A stretch of DNA of 64,000 bases. It comes from Pseudomonas sp. UBA2684 (GTDB lineage: Bacteria > Pseudomonadota > Gammaproteobacteria > Pseudomonadales > Pseudomonadaceae). Location: positions 15,885 to 79,884 of the forward strand of contig NZ_DELY01000050.1 of assembly GCF_002354655.1 (NCBI RefSeq), written 5' to 3'. The notes under the pieces were generated by a model. That model did no database searches. It was not told the origin of the DNA and saw only the letters and a list, made by a program, of their open reading frames with translations. Of this stretch, positions 1 to 15,126 are shown piece by piece; the stretch's first letter is position 1; each line of letters begins with the position of its first letter. The position numbers and the translations under genes are program-made.

Positions 1-423
1 CTTGCCAAAGCTCATCGGCCCGCCTTTACCGCCAGCACCGCCCTGCATCTGACGCATGAAGAACATGAATACCGCGATGATCACCAGAATCGGGAAGCTG
101 GCCACCAGCAACTGCGTCCAAATGCTCTGCTGCTCAGGCTGCTTGCCGACGATTTCGACGTTGTTGTCGATCAGGTCCTTGATCAGACCGTTGTCCTGGA
201 TAGCCGGACGCACGGTTTCGAAGGACGAGCCGTCTGCGCGCAAGCCGCTGATGATGAAACCGTCAACGGTAACCCGCTTAACGCCGCCATCTTGAACCTG
301 CTGAATGAATTCCGAGTAATTGAGTTTGTTCGACTCGCTCGGGCTGGAGAAATTGTTCATCACCGTCACCAAAACAGCAGCGATGATCAGCCACAGGATC
401 AGATTCTTTGCCATGTCGTTCAA
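1..423 (-). CDS. ftsH: ATP-dependent zinc metalloprotease FtsH, N-terminal part (runs off window start)
   Basis: My manual translation of the minus strand from TTG at 423: MNDMAKNLILWLIIAAVLVTVMNNF...QLLVASFPILVIIAVFMFFMRQMQGGAGGKGGPMSFGK; lies downstream of rlmE as usual. Not in the ORF track because it is open at the edge. Confidence 0.93.
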   Translation of the reverse strand, partial: MNDMAKNLILWLIIAAVLVTVMNNFSSPSESNKLNYSEFIQQVQDGGVKRVTVDGFIISGLRADGSSFETVRPAIQDNGLIKDLIDNNVEIVGKQPEQQSIWTQLLVASFPILVIIAVFMFFMRQMQGGAGGKGGPMSFGK

Positions 424-612
424 TTAGCTACCCTCTGAAGCAGGCCTCGTGCCGAAGCGTGCCTCGCATGACGACCAGTTATGTACCGATCTAACTTACT
501 ACACAACGCCCACCCCTGGCAGACGCTGTCTGTAACCCTTTATTAGGCAGCAACCCGAGCAGATTGTTCACGCCCCGTCGGACCGCCAAACCCGCCGCAG
601 ATTGCACATCGC

Positions 613-1236
613 TCAAACGCCGCGAAAACCACGCGCGAGTAGATACTGCTCGCGCGAACGGTCGCGTGACGACAACGGTTTGCGCATCTGCACCTTGTCG
701 AACATTTCGCGCACTTGCTTGTGGTACAGGTCGAAACCTTCGCCCTGGAAAATCTTGATCAGGAAATCTCCGCCCGGACGCAACACGCGACCGGAGAGAT
801 CCAGCGCCAATTCGCAGAGATACATGGCCCGCGCCTGATCGGCAGTTCTTACCCCACTCATATTGGGGGCCATATCGGAAATCACAAGGTCTACCGGACG
901 ATCGCCAATAGCTTCCAATATCTGTGCGAACACTGCATCTTCGGTGAAGTCGCCCTGGATGAAGGTGACATCGGGGATACTGTCCATTTCCAGAATATCA
1001 GACGCGATCAGCGTGCCCTTGTCACCGATTACCCGACTGGTGACCTGCGACCAACCACCTGGCGCCGCACCCAAATCGACCACGGTTATGCCTGGCCGCA
1101 GGATGCGATCCTTTTCCTGGATCTCCAACAGCTTATAACTCGCACGCGAGCGGTAGCCGTCCTTTTGCGCCATTTTGACGTAAGGATCGTCGAAGTGTTC
1201 TTTCAGCCAACGCTGGCTGGTTTTGGAACGGGCCAC
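613..1236 (-). CDS. rlmE: 23S rRNA Um2552 methyltransferase RlmE (FtsJ)
   Basis: [25 protein letters not shown] motif, [17 protein letters not shown]. Confidence 0.97.
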   Translation of the reverse strand: MARSKTSQRWLKEHFDDPYVKMAQKDGYRSRASYKLLEIQEKDRILRPGITVVDLGAAPGGWSQVTSRVIGDKGTLIASDILEMDSIPDVTFIQGDFTEDAVFAQILEAIGDRPVDLVISDMAPNMSGVRTADQARAMYLCELALDLSGRVLRPGGDFLIKIFQGEGFDLYHKQVREMFDKVQMRKPLSSRDRSREQYLLARGFRGV

Positions 1237-1338
1237 GCAATACCTCGATTGTGCAAAGTGTGAATATCTGGGCGGCCCCGAAGGCGCTCGGGTAAACTAA
1301 TCGCCGTTTTTTACCAGATCAGACGCAGGGGTCGGATT

Positions 1339-1650
1339 ATGCCGCTCACTCAAGAGCAGAAGAAACAATTCAAATCTATCGGCCACCATCTGAAACCCGT
1401 ATTGATCGTGGCGGACAATGGTTTGACCGAAGGTGTGCTAGCCGAACTGGAGCGCGCACTGGGCGATCACGAACTGATTAAAGTGCAATTACGCATCATC
1501 GAACGCGAAGATCGCCTGGCCGCCATCAATCAACTGTGCAAAGCCGGCAATGCCGATCTGGTACAGGTAATTGGCAAGATGGCACTGATTTACCGCAAGA
1601 ACCCGAAAGTGAACAAGAACCTGTCCAACGTTCACCGCCATCACGGCTGA
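1339..1650 (+). CDS. yhbY: YhbY/CRM-domain RNA-binding protein
   Basis: GHHLKPV...GLTEGVLAELERALGDHELIKV; divergent from rlmE. Confidence 0.92.
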   Translation: MPLTQEQKKQFKSIGHHLKPVLIVADNGLTEGVLAELERALGDHELIKVQLRIIEREDRLAAINQLCKAGNADLVQVIGKMALIYRKNPKVNKNLSNVHRHHG

Positions 1651-1706
1651 GCCACACATCATTGCGAGGCGCAACCAGCGCCTTCGCAAGGATCTGGCCC
1701 GCCGCT

Positions 1707-2120
1707 TTAGAGCCTGCGCCTGAACCGCTCCGGTACGGGCTGCAACACCAGTAGCAGACCGCAAAACGCCATGACCAGGTAACTGAACATCAACCACAGT
1801 TCAGCCTCGGGCAGCAGCAGCGGTACCGCGAAGTAACTCCCCGCCATCACCACAACCACCAACAGCAGCTGCCCGCGCATGTCGCGCCACAGGCTCGCCA
1901 GTCGCTCGGCTCGCACCAGCACCAAGGCCTGCAAGCCGGCACAGAATGCCGCCAAGCCCACCAGCAGCGGGCGCAGGGTATTGCCAAGCTCTTCGACCAG
2001 CAAAGCCGCCAGCCCGGTTTTGGCTATCGCCGGCAACACCAGAAAATGCAGCAGCCAGAGGCCGCCAACCCACAGAGTCTGGGCCAGCAACCAACTGATG
2101 GTGCCCGCATCGCGCAGACC
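1707..2120 (-). CDS. DUF4149-like membrane protein; start uncertain
   Basis: Hydrophobic ORF (TLWVGGLWLLHFLVLPA...) directly downstream of greA; the 5' part of the 1707..2192 track ORF overlaps greA and is probably not coding. Confidence 0.65.
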   Translation of the reverse strand, partial: GLRDAGTISWLLAQTLWVGGLWLLHFLVLPAIAKTGLAALLVEELGNTLRPLLVGLAAFCAGLQALVLVRAERLASLWRDMRGQLLLVVVVMAGSYFAVPLLLPEAELWLMFSYLVMAFCGLLLVLQPVPERFRRRL

Positions 2121-2124
2121 TGGC

Positions 2125-2597
2125 TTAGATATGGCGAACCTCGACAATCTCATACTCGACCGCGCCGCTTGGCGTTTTGACCAGCACCACATCCCCCTCT
2201 TCCTTGCCGATCAAGGCGCGGGCAATCGGTGAGCCGACCGACAATTTGGACTGCTTGATATCCGCCTCGTCTTCGCCAACGATCTGATAGGTCACGCTTT
2301 CATCGGTCTCGACGTTGGCGATCTCGACGGTCGTGCCGAAAATCACCTTGCCGGTGTGCTCGATGTTGGTGACATCGATGACCACCGCATTCTGCAGGCG
2401 GCCTTCGATATCGCGGATACGCGCCTCGACCATGCCCTGCTGCTCGCGCGCGGCATGGTATTCGGCGTTTTCCTTGAGGTCACCGAGCTCGCGCGCGGTG
2501 CCAATGTCCTGGCTGAGCTTGGGACGCACCACCTTGGTCAGGTGCGCCAGCTCTTCCTCCAGGGCGCGAGCGCCCTGGACCGTCATCGGGTATTTGG

Positions 2598-2601
<4 letters not shown>
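2125..2601 (-). CDS. greA: Transcription elongation factor GreA
   Basis: [28 protein letters not shown]. Confidence 0.97.
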
Positions 2602-5819
<3,218 letters not shown>

Positions 5820-5848
5820 GTTCTCTCTCGAATCCTTGGGCAGTCGGC

Positions 5849-5988
5849 GAGTCATCTTGAGAGCTACTGCGCGCGGCCTGGGCTGCGTTGCGCGGTACTC
5901 ACTTCCTCACCGTACTGCATGTACTGTCTCGTCGTTGCGTTCCGGGCGCCTTGCCCAGACAGCGCTCGCTACACTCTCCAGACGACTC
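5849..5988. repeat. 140-bp MITE-like element between carA and carB
   Basis: Imperfect terminal inverted repeat GAGTCATCTTGAGAG (5849-5863) / CTCTCCAGACGACTC (5974-5988), 13/15; 110-bp core resembles 58611-58720. Confidence 0.6.
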
Positions 5989-5990
5989 GT

Positions 5991-7139
5991 CTATTGCCGC
6001 TTGGCCATGGCTTCGATAAAACGGTCGAACAGCGGCGCCACATCGGCGGGGCCTGGGCTCGCTTCGGGGTGACCCTGGAAGCTGAAAGCGTCCTTATCGG
6101 TCCGCTCGATACCTTGCAGAGAGCCGTCGAACAGCGACTTGTGGATCGCCCGCACATTACTCGGCAGGCTGGCTTCATCCACCGCAAAACCATGGTTCTG
6201 GCTGGTGATCATCACCACGCCGCTGTCCAGGTCCTGCACCGGGTGGTTGGCGCCATGGTGGCCATGGCCCATTTTCAGGGTCTTGGCGCCGGAGGCCAGG
6301 GCCAGCAACTGGTGGCCGAGGCAGATGCCGAATAGCGGGATTTCGGTGTCCAGTACGTCCTTGATCGCCTGGATCGCGTAGTCGCATGGCTCGGGGTCAC
6401 CCGGGCCGTTGGACAGGAACACGCCATCGGGATTCAGCGCCAGCACGTCGCTCGCCGGGGTTTGCGCCGGCACCACGGTCAGGCGGCAGCCGCGCTCGAC
6501 CAGCATGCGCAGGATGTTCCATTTAACGCCGTAATCGTAGGCCACCACGTGGTACTTCAGCTCACTGGCCGGGCGCTCCGGGTGGCTGTCGTCTTGCAGA
6601 CGCCACACGCTGGAGCGCCACTCGTAAGGCTCGGTGCAACTGACCACCTTGGCCAGGTCCATGCCTTTGAGGCCAGGAAAGCTGCGCGCCAACTCCAGCG
6701 CCTTCTCTTCGGTGGCGTCGTCGCCGACCAGGATGCAGCCATTTTGCGAGCCTTTCTCACGCAGAATGCGGGTCAGGCGACGGGTATCGATGCCGGCGAT
6801 GGCAACAGTGCCGTTTTCCTTCAGGTATTCATCCAGCGGCTGCTTGCTGCGCCAGTTGCTGGCAATCAACGGCAGGTCACGAATGATCAGGCCGGCTGCC
6901 CACACACGGTTCGACTCAGCATCTTCCGGGGTGATGCCGGTGTTGCCGATATGCGGATAGGTCAGGGTGACGATTTGTTGGGCATAGGAAGGATCGGTAA
7001 GGATTTCCTGATAGCCGGTCATGGCGGTGTTGAAAACCACCTCTCCAATAGTTTGGCCATCGGCACCGATGGCCTCGCCGCGAAAAATACTGCCATCAGC
7101 AAGAGCCAGGATGGCAGGTTTAAGGGCTGGCTTACTCAA
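5991..7139 (-). CDS. carA: Carbamoyl-phosphate synthase small subunit
   Basis: [41 protein letters not shown]; TTG start. Confidence 0.98.
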   Translation of the reverse strand: MSKPALKPAILALADGSIFRGEAIGADGQTIGEVVFNTAMTGYQEILTDPSYAQQIVTLTYPHIGNTGITPEDAESNRVWAAGLIIRDLPLIASNWRSKQPLDEYLKENGTVAIAGIDTRRLTRILREKGSQNGCILVGDDATEEKALELARSFPGLKGMDLAKVVSCTEPYEWRSSVWRLQDDSHPERPASELKYHVVAYDYGVKWNILRMLVERGCRLTVVPAQTPASDVLALNPDGVFLSNGPGDPEPCDYAIQAIKDVLDTEIPLFGICLGHQLLALASGAKTLKMGHGHHGANHPVQDLDSGVVMITSQNHGFAVDEASLPSNVRAIHKSLFDGSLQGIERTDKDAFSFQGHPEASPGPADVAPLFDRFIEAMAKRQ

Positions 7140-7233
7140 GAAAACCTCCGAAAATCAAAGCTTGAAGCAAACGCAGATTGTAAAAAAGCGGGATGACGTA
7201 TCGACCGTCACCCCGCTTTTTTATCTGATTCAT
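7132..7233 (-). CDS. 33-aa carA leader peptide ([33 protein letters not shown])
   Basis: Manually translated; spans the leader terminator hairpin and its TAA overlaps the carA TTG; a leader ORF is known for Pseudomonas carAB. Confidence 0.65.
   Translation of the reverse strand: MNQIKKRGDGRYVIPLFYNLRLLQALIFGGFLE
7182..7222 (-). terminator. carA leader attenuator/terminator hairpin
   Basis: AAAAAAGCGGG-A-TGACG / CGTCA-C-CCCGCTTTTTT with a U-tract in the carA direction, downstream of a putative promoter (TGGACC-17-TAAGCT, -10 at 7269-7274). Confidence 0.75.
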
Positions 7234-7348
7234 TCTGCGTAACTTTTAGTGGACACACTAAAGCGGGAAGCTTACAGGAAAGTGCCTTTTTGGTCCACCG
7301 CAAGATGCAATCAAGCCCAGAGCAAACGTCTTCTTTCTGACAAGATGC

Positions 7349-8167
<819 letters not shown>

Positions 8168-8226
8168 CTACTAGCCGCAAACCGGCGACAGCGCTACACA
8201 CCTGCCGCCGACCTGCCGCCGATTAC

Positions 8227-9357
8227 TTACAAATCGCCAAAGAAGCGCTTCACGCCTTCAAACCAGCCATTGGCCTTCGGCGAATGCGAGCTGTCGCCAG
8301 CCAACGACTGGCGGAATTCTTCGAGCAATTCACGCTGACGCTTATCCAGGTGCACCGGTGTTTCCACTGCTACCCGGCACATCAGGTCGCCAGCACCGCC
8401 GCCCCGCACGGGCGCCACGCCCTTGCCGCGCAGGCGGAACAGCTTGCCGGTCTGCGTGCCCTCGGGAATCTTCAACTTGACCCGACCATCCAGAGTCGGC
8501 ACCTCCAGCTCGCCACCGAGCGCGGCATCGGCGAAGCTGATCGGCACCTCGCAATACAGGTGCTTGCCGTCGCGCTGGAAGATCGAGTGCTCGCGCACAT
8601 TGACCACCACGTACAGGTCACCCGCCGGACCACCGTGAGCCCCCGCCTCGCCTTCGCCCGACAGGCGAATGCGGTCGCCGGTATCGACGCCAGCTGGCAC
8701 TTTCACCGACAGGGTTTTGTGCTCTTCGACACGGCCGTGACCGTGGCAGGAGCCACAAGGATCGGTGATCATCTTGCCGCTGCCGTGGCAGCGCGGGCAG
8801 GTCTGCTGCACCGAGAAGAAGCCTTGCTGCATGCGCACCTGGCCGATACCACCACAAGTGGTACAGGTCACCGGCGTGGTGCCTTTCTTCGCACCGGAGC
8901 CATCGCACGGCTTGCAATTGACCAGGGTCGGCACACGGATGGTCACCGTGGTGCCACGCACCGCCTCTTCCAGGTCCAACTCCAGGGTGTAACGCAAGTC
9001 ACTGCCACGCTGGGCACCGCCACGCTGACCACCACGCGCCCCACCGAAGAAATCACTGAACACATCGCCGAAAATATCGGAGAAGTTCGCCCCACCGAAG
9101 CCAGCACCACCGGCGCCGCCACCCATCTGCGGGTCGACACCGGCATGTCCGTACTGATCGTAGGCCGCACGCTTGCTGGTGTCGGACAACACTTCGTAGG
9201 CCTCATTGGCCTCTTTGAACATGTCTTCCGACGCTTTATCGTCGGGATTGCGGTCCGGGTGATGCTTCATCGCCAGGCGCCGGTAAGCCTTTTTCAGCTC
9301 CGCTTCGCTGGCACCGCGCTCGACACCCAGCACCTCGTAATAATCACGTTTAGCCAT
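8227..9357 (-). CDS. dnaJ: Chaperone DnaJ
   Basis: J domain with HPD, G/F region, four CxxCxGxG repeats. Confidence 0.98.
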   Translation of the reverse strand: MAKRDYYEVLGVERGASEAELKKAYRRLAMKHHPDRNPDDKASEDMFKEANEAYEVLSDTSKRAAYDQYGHAGVDPQMGGGAGGAGFGGANFSDIFGDVFSDFFGGARGGQRGGAQRGSDLRYTLELDLEEAVRGTTVTIRVPTLVNCKPCDGSGAKKGTTPVTCTTCGGIGQVRMQQGFFSVQQTCPRCHGSGKMITDPCGSCHGHGRVEEHKTLSVKVPAGVDTGDRIRLSGEGEAGAHGGPAGDLYVVVNVREHSIFQRDGKHLYCEVPISFADAALGGELEVPTLDGRVKLKIPEGTQTGKLFRLRGKGVAPVRGGGAGDLMCRVAVETPVHLDKRQRELLEEFRQSLAGDSSHSPKANGWFEGVKRFFGDL

Positions 9358-9398
9358 AAGTCTTCAACACCCTTAAATCGTCGCCTCCAGACACGCCA

Positions 9399-9420
9399 AC
9401 GCGGGAGCAAGCTCCCGCGT
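9399..9420. repeat. REP-like palindrome in dnaK-dnaJ spacer
   Basis: Perfect ACGCGGGAGC-AA-GCTCCCGCGT, similar to Pseudomonas GGAGCAAGCT-type REPs. Confidence 0.55.
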
Positions 9421-9478
9421 GGCGGATCGTGCCGGCCGCGACTCGCGCCACAACCGGTTGGTACGCATAAGCTCGCGC

Positions 9479-11395
9479 TTACTTGTTTTCCTTGACCTCT
9501 TCGAACTCAGCGTCGACCGCGTCATCGGCGGAGCCTTTTGCCTCGCCTGCATCTTGCGGCGCAGCACCCGGCTGCGGCTGTTCGGCGTACATCTTTTGCG
9601 CCAACGGCGTGGTGGCCTCGGACAGTGCGCTCATCTTCGCCTCGATGGCCGCTTTGTCGTCGCCCTTCACCGCGACTTCCAGCTCACCCAGGGCTTTTTC
9701 GATGGCGGCTTTCTCGTCGGCAGTTGCCTTGTCGCCGGCTTCGGCGATCATTTTGCGGGTGGCGTGCACCAGTTGATCGCCCTGGTTGCGGGCGGTCGCC
9801 AGCTCTTCGAACTTGCGGTCTTCTTCGGCGTTGACCTCGGCATCGCGAACCATCTGCTGAATTTCTTCCTCAGACAGACCGGAGTTGGCCTTGATCACGA
9901 TCGACTGCTGCTTGCCAGTCGCCTTGTCTTTCGCGCCGACGTGCAGGATGCCGTTGGCATCGATATCGAAGGTTACTTCGATCTGCGGTACGCCACGCGG
10001 AGCCGGTGGAATCTCGGCCAGGTCGAATTTGCCCAAGGACTTGTTACCGCTGGCTTGCTTGCGCTCGCCCTGCAGCACGTGAATGGTCACGGCGCCCTGG
10101 TTGTCGTCGGCAGTCGAGAACACTTGCGACTTCTTGGTCGGAATGGTGGTGTTCTTCTCGATCAGCGCGGTCATCACGCCGCCCATGGTTTCGATACCCA
10201 GGGTCAGCGGGCTGACGTCGAGCAGCAACACATCTTTCACATCGCCCGCCAGAACCGCGCCCTGGATAGCCGCGCCCATGGCCACGGCTTCGTCCGGGTT
10301 GACGTCTTTACGCGCTTCTTTGCCGAAGAACTCGGTCACCAGCTTCTGCACCAGCGGCATGCGGGTCTGGCCGCCGACCAGGATCACGTCGTTGATCGCG
10401 CCCACGTCGATACCGGCGTCTTTCAACGCGATACGGCACGGCTCGATGGTGCGCTGCACCAGGTCTTCGACCAGCGACTCCAGCTTGGCGCGGGAGATTT
10501 TCACGTTCAGGTGCTTGGGACCGGTGGCATCTGCGGTGATGTACGGCAGGTTGACGTCGGTCTGCTGGCTCGAGGACAGCTCGATCTTGGCTTTTTCAGC
10601 GGCTTCTTTCAGGCGCTGCATGGCCAGCGGGTCACCCTTGAGGTTCATGCCGCTTTCTTTCTTGAATTCGTCAACCAGGTAGTCGATCAGACGAATATCG
10701 AAGTCTTCACCGCCGAGGAACGTGTCGCCGTTGGTCGCCAACACTTCGAACTGGTGCTCGCCATCGACTTCGGCGATCTCGATCACCGACACGTCGAAGG
10801 TACCGCCACCCAGGTCATAGACGATCACGGTGTGGTCGCCCTTGGCCTTGTCCATACCGTAAGCCAGCGCGGCTGCGGTCGGCTCGTTGATGATGCGCTT
10901 GACGTCCAGACCGGCGATGCGACCGGCGTCCTTGGTGGCCTGACGCTGGCTGTCGTTGAAATACGCAGGAACCGTGATCACTGCTTCGGTCACTGGCTCG
11001 CCGAGGTAGTCTTCGGCGGTTTTCTTCATTTTTTTCAGGATTTCAGCGGAAATCTGCGGCGGCGCCATCTTCTGGCCGTTCACTTCGACCCAGGCATCGC
11101 CGTTGTCGGCTTTGACGATCTTGTACGGCACCATCTGGATGTCTTTCTGCACGACTTCTTCGTCGAAACGACGACCGATCAACCGCTTCACCGCGTACAG
11201 GGTGTTGTGCGGATTGGTCACAGCCTGACGCTTGGCCGACTGGCCAACCAGAATTTCACCGTCATTGGCATACGCGATGATCGACGGCGTGGTGCGCGCG
11301 CCTTCGGCGTTCTCGATGACCTTGACGTTGCCGTTTTCCAGAATGGAGACGCACGAGTTGGTGGTCCCCAGGTCGATACCGATAATCTTGCCCAT
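9479..11395 (-). CDS. dnaK: Chaperone DnaK (Hsp70)
   Basis: [25 protein letters not shown]. Confidence 0.99.
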   Translation of the reverse strand: MGKIIGIDLGTTNSCVSILENGNVKVIENAEGARTTPSIIAYANDGEILVGQSAKRQAVTNPHNTLYAVKRLIGRRFDEEVVQKDIQMVPYKIVKADNGDAWVEVNGQKMAPPQISAEILKKMKKTAEDYLGEPVTEAVITVPAYFNDSQRQATKDAGRIAGLDVKRIINEPTAAALAYGMDKAKGDHTVIVYDLGGGTFDVSVIEIAEVDGEHQFEVLATNGDTFLGGEDFDIRLIDYLVDEFKKESGMNLKGDPLAMQRLKEAAEKAKIELSSSQQTDVNLPYITADATGPKHLNVKISRAKLESLVEDLVQRTIEPCRIALKDAGIDVGAINDVILVGGQTRMPLVQKLVTEFFGKEARKDVNPDEAVAMGAAIQGAVLAGDVKDVLLLDVSPLTLGIETMGGVMTALIEKNTTIPTKKSQVFSTADDNQGAVTIHVLQGERKQASGNKSLGKFDLAEIPPAPRGVPQIEVTFDIDANGILHVGAKDKATGKQQSIVIKANSGLSEEEIQQMVRDAEVNAEEDRKFEELATARNQGDQLVHATRKMIAEAGDKATADEKAAIEKALGELEVAVKGDDKAAIEAKMSALSEATTPLAQKMYAEQPQPGAAPQDAGEAKGSADDAVDAEFEEVKENK

Positions 11396-11472
11396 CTTTA
11401 CTCTCCCAAAACTTGGATATTCCCGCCGCTGTGATTTGTCAGCGGCGGTAGCACTAAAACGCTTGACTCATA

Positions 11473-11499
11473 AGTTGGGGCTGATCGCCGAATTTCAAG
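11473..11499 (-). promoter_or_regulatory. Sigma-32 promoter of dnaK
   Basis: Minus strand CTTGAA-N13-CCCCAACT. Confidence 0.75.
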
Positions 11500-12064
11500 C
11501 CTGCTCATCGATGGATGGCGGTACTTCGCTTGGCGCCTTGCTGACCACCACCATTGCCGGACGCAACAAGCGACCGTTGAGCAGATAGCCCTTCTGGAAC
11601 ACCTTGAGCACGCTATTGGGCTCGACATGGGTGCTTTCCTGCAGGGCCATGGCTTGATGGTGCTCCGGGTTGAACGGCGCGCCATGCGGGTCGACGGCCT
11701 CCAACTGATAACGCTTGAGGGTGTCGTGGAACAACTTGAGGGTCAGCTCCATGCCCTCGCGTACCGCCCTGATCGCCTCGTCGTCCGGGCTCGATAGCTC
11801 CAGACCGCGCTCCAGGCTGTCGATGATCGGCAGCAGATCGCCAGCGAACTTCTCCAAGGCGAACTTGTGCGCCTTTTCAACATCCTGCTCGGCGCGACGA
11901 CGCACGTTCTGCAAATCAGCCGCCACGCGCAAGGCCTGATCCTGAGCGGCAGCCAACTCTTCCTCGAGCACGTGGATGCGAGCGTCCACCTGATCGCTCG
12001 ACTCCATTTCGGCACCAGGGGCCACATCGGGAAGCTGGTTATCGTGGGTCTGTTCGTCAGCCAT
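11495..12064 (-). CDS. grpE: Nucleotide exchange factor GrpE
   Basis: [34 protein letters not shown]. Confidence 0.97.
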   Translation of the reverse strand: MADEQTHDNQLPDVAPGAEMESSDQVDARIHVLEEELAAAQDQALRVAADLQNVRRRAEQDVEKAHKFALEKFAGDLLPIIDSLERGLELSSPDDEAIRAVREGMELTLKLFHDTLKRYQLEAVDPHGAPFNPEHHQAMALQESTHVEPNSVLKVFQKGYLLNGRLLRPAMVVVSKAPSEVPPSIDEQA

Positions 12065-12117
12065 GCGTTTCTCCTCTAAATATTCGACGCGAGCCTCAAC
12101 TCACGTGTCTGCCGCCT

Positions 12118-12145
12118 ATATGGGGACAAATTCTCGCGCTTCAAG
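12118..12145 (-). promoter_or_regulatory. Sigma-32 promoter of grpE
   Basis: Minus strand CTTGAA-N14-CCCCATAT, near-consensus. Confidence 0.8.
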
Positions 12146-12244
12146 GGTTACATGGCGAACAACCCAGCCGCCGCGGGATGCGCAGCCGAACCGACGGCAG
12201 AGCGAATTGGCCATAACCGAGGATTGTCAGCCCACAAATAAACA

Positions 12245-12260
12245 CTGTATAAATAACCAG
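12245..12260 (+). promoter_or_regulatory. LexA (SOS) box upstream of recN
   Basis: CTGTATAAATAACCAG (CTG-N10-CAG), 24 bp before the recN ATG. Confidence 0.9.
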
Positions 12261-12284
12261 ACTTCAGGCTTGGGAGGCCGCGCC

Positions 12285-13970
12285 ATGCTGGTACACCTGT
12301 CCGTACACAACTACGCCATCGTTGAACACCTCGACCTTGAACTGGATGGCGGCATGAGCGTCATCAGCGGCGAAACCGGCGCCGGCAAATCGATCATGCT
12401 CGACGCGCTTGGCCTGACCCTCGGCGACCGCGCCGACAGCGGCGTGGTGCGCCCAGGCGCCGACAAGGCGGACATCCTCGCCAGCTTCGACCTCCGCGAC
12501 ATCCCGGAAGCCCGCGCCTGGCTGGCCGAACGCGATCTGGGCCATAACCAGGATCAGGACGGCCCGTGCATCCTGCGCCGGGTGATCACCGCCGAAGGCC
12601 GCTCGCGCGGCTACATCAACGGCTCGCCGTGCCCCCAGGGTGACCTCAAGGCCCTCGGCGAGCTGCTGATCGATATCCACAGCCAGCACGAACACCAATC
12701 GCTACTGAAAGCCGAGACCCACCGCCGCCTACTCGACGAATACGCCGGCAGCCAGGAGCTTGCACGCCAAGTGCAACTGGCGGCGCAGCGCTGGAAGCAA
12801 ACCAAGAGCGAACTGCAGCGCCTGTCGAGCATCGGCGACGAGCAACGTGCCCGCCATCAACTGCTCAGTTACCAGCTGGAGGAACTGGATAACCTGGCCC
12901 TCGGCGAAAACGAACTGGCGCAATTGGAGCAGGAGCACAAGAACCTGACCAACGCCGAAAGCCTGCTCAGCGCCTGCCGCCTGGTCATCGAACAATGCAG
13001 CGAGAATGATGCCGGCAACGTACTGTCCGCACTGACCGGCAGCCTCAACCGCCTGGGCGCCTTTCAGGGACAACCGGGCGCCTTGAACGAGGCGATCAAC
13101 CTGCTGGCCAGCGCGCAGATCCAGGTGGAAGAAGCCGTCGGCGAGCTGAACCGCTTTCTCGACCACTTCGATGCCGACCCAGAGCGCTTGCAGCAGATGG
13201 AAGAACGCCTGGACGCGATCTATACCCTGGCACGCAAACACCGCAGCCAGCCCAGCGAACTGACCGCCTTGCAGCAGCAGCTGTTCGAAGAACTGGAAAG
13301 CCTGAATGCCGACGACCAGGCCACCGAGCGCCTGGGCGAAGAACTGGCGGCCTACGCACGGCACTATCAGGAAAAAGCCGCCGAGCTGAGCGCCCTGCGC
13401 CATGGCGCCGCCAGTGCGCTGGCGAGCGCCGTCGAGCAGGAAATGCAACACCTGGGCATGCCAGGCGGCCGCTTCACCATCAAGCTCAGCACTAACCACA
13501 GTGCCGAACCGCACCCCAATGGCCTGGAGCAGTTGGAGTTCCTGGTCAGCGCCAACCCCGGACAACCGCTGAAAGCCCTGGCCAAGGTCGCTTCCGGCGG
13601 CGAACTCTCACGGATCAGCCTGGCCATCCAGGTCATCACCGCACAAACCTCGCGCGTGCCGACCCTGGTGTTCGACGAAGTCGACGTCGGCATTGGCGGC
13701 CCAACGGCCGAAGTGGTCGGTCAGCTGCTGCGCCGCCTGGGAGAACGCGGCCAGGTGCTGACCGTCACCCACCTGCCGCAAGTCGCCGCCCAGGGCCATC
13801 AGCACCTGTTCGTGCACAAGGTGCGCGACAGCGACGCCACGCGCACCGCGGTGAGCAAACTGGACAACGCACAGCGCGTCGAGGAAATCGCCCGCATGCT
13901 CGGCGGCGTCGATCTCACCGAGGAATCCCTGGCCCATGCGCGGCAGATGGTCAGCAGCGCTCAAGCGTAG
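12285..13970 (+). CDS. recN: DNA repair protein RecN
   Basis: MLVHLSVHNY, Walker A GETGAGKS, ASGGELSR, FDEVD; ATG at 12285 with GGAGG RBS. Confidence 0.97.
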   Translation: MLVHLSVHNYAIVEHLDLELDGGMSVISGETGAGKSIMLDALGLTLGDRADSGVVRPGADKADILASFDLRDIPEARAWLAERDLGHNQDQDGPCILRRVITAEGRSRGYINGSPCPQGDLKALGELLIDIHSQHEHQSLLKAETHRRLLDEYAGSQELARQVQLAAQRWKQTKSELQRLSSIGDEQRARHQLLSYQLEELDNLALGENELAQLEQEHKNLTNAESLLSACRLVIEQCSENDAGNVLSALTGSLNRLGAFQGQPGALNEAINLLASAQIQVEEAVGELNRFLDHFDADPERLQQMEERLDAIYTLARKHRSQPSELTALQQQLFEELESLNADDQATERLGEELAAYARHYQEKAAELSALRHGAASALASAVEQEMQHLGMPGGRFTIKLSTNHSAEPHPNGLEQLEFLVSANPGQPLKALAKVASGGELSRISLAIQVITAQTSRVPTLVFDEVDVGIGGPTAEVVGQLLRRLGERGQVLTVTHLPQVAAQGHQHLFVHKVRDSDATRTAVSKLDNAQRVEEIARMLGGVDLTEESLAHARQMVSSAQA

Positions 13971-13992
13971 GGCCGGCGGGCCGCCACACAGC

Positions 13993-14020
13993 AAAAAGGC
14001 GACCCGAAGGTCGCCTTTTT
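13993..14020. terminator. Bidirectional terminator between recN and fur
   Basis: AAAAAGGCGACC-CGAA-GGTCGCCTTTTT. Confidence 0.85.
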
Positions 14021-14036
14021 CATACACACGGGCTGC

Positions 14037-14441
14037 TTATTTCTTCTTGCGCACGTACAACACCAGGTTGTGATCGACCATCTCGAAACCGTGCTCGCGG
14101 ACGATCTCTTTCTGACGTTTTTCGATCTCAGCATCGAAGAACTCGATCACCTCGCCCGAGTCGACACAAACCATATGGTCGTGGTGGCCGCCATCGGCTA
14201 ATTCGAACACCGCATGACCGCCATCGAAATTGTGACGCACCACCAGGCCGGCGGCTTCGAACTGGGTCAGTACGCGGTACACCGTGGCCAGACCGACATC
14301 CTCGCCCGCCTCCATCAGTGCCTTGTAAACATCTTCTGCACTCATGTGACGCTGCTCGGCTGAGTCGAGCATCTGCAGAATTTTGACCCGTGGCAGGGTC
14401 ACTTTCAGGCCAGCTTTGCGTAGTTCGCTATTTTCAACCAT
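14037..14441 (-). CDS. fur: Ferric uptake regulator Fur (134 aa)
   Basis: MVENSELRKAGLKVTLPRVKIL, GLATVYRVL, HHDHMVC; ATG at 14441. Confidence 0.98.
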   Translation of the reverse strand: MVENSELRKAGLKVTLPRVKILQMLDSAEQRHMSAEDVYKALMEAGEDVGLATVYRVLTQFEAAGLVVRHNFDGGHAVFELADGGHHDHMVCVDSGEVIEFFDAEIEKRQKEIVREHGFEMVDHNLVLYVRKKK

Positions 14442-14538
14442 GGTCTGCTTTCTCGCGGAAGCGGCTTCGCAGCTTCCTTTATTGCGGGTATGATCCGGGT
14501 TTACGTTGCCCAGCCAAGATAGTGGAAGTCGCCCACCG

Positions 14539-15054
14539 ATGCAAAAAACCAAACTCCTGCTGACCAGCCTCACCTTTATGGGGCTCATCGCACTCGCCGG
14601 TTGTTCATTCCCCGGGGTTTATAAAATCGACATTCAACAGGGCAATGTCGTCACGCAAGACATGATAGACCAGTTGCGTCCAGGAATGACCCGCAGCCAA
14701 GTGCGGTTTATCATGGGCAATCCGCTGCTGACCGACACCTTCCACGCTAACCGCTGGGACTACCTGTACAGCATCCAGCCGGGCGGCGGGCAACGCCTGC
14801 AAGAACGCGTCAGCGTGGTGTTCGACGGCAATGATCAACTGGCAGGTCTGGCCGGCGACTTCATGCCAGGCGTCAGCCGCGACCAGGAAATCCTCGGCGA
14901 AGACGGTGTCTCCGCACCGCAAACCCAGCAGCCACAAGCTGAAGACGAGCCACCGGCACCAGGCTCGCTGCTGGAGCAGATCCAACGCGAAGTGGATAAC
15001 GTCGAAACCGTACCGGTACCGACGCCAGAACCACTGGAAACCACCCCGCAGTAA
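14539..15054 (+). CDS. bamE: Outer membrane assembly lipoprotein BamE (OmlA)
   Basis: Lipobox [30 protein letters not shown]; divergent from fur. Confidence 0.95.
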   Translation: MQKTKLLLTSLTFMGLIALAGCSFPGVYKIDIQQGNVVTQDMIDQLRPGMTRSQVRFIMGNPLLTDTFHANRWDYLYSIQPGGGQRLQERVSVVFDGNDQLAGLAGDFMPGVSRDQEILGEDGVSAPQTQQPQAEDEPPAPGSLLEQIQREVDNVETVPVPTPEPLETTPQ

Positions 15055-15078
15055 CCTGTCGCAACACATACAGGTACA

Positions 15079-15106
15079 AAAAAGCCCGGATCGCTCCGGG
15101 CTTTTT
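15079..15106. terminator. Bidirectional terminator between bamE and ratB
   Basis: AAAAAGCCCGGA-TCGC-TCCGGGCTTTTT. Confidence 0.85.
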
Positions 15107-15126
15107 CATGTGTGCGCATAAGCCGA

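Noticed and set aside
9419-11434. 671-aa plus-strand ORF
   Set aside because: Antisense shadow of dnaK; long antisense ORFs are common in GC-rich genes with strong codon bias.
12063-12284. N-terminal extension of RecN in the ORF track (similar extensions for carB, fur, bamE, hipA, uxaA and the APC permease)
   Set aside because: It covers promoter and LexA DNA; RBS position and known N-termini support the downstream starts.
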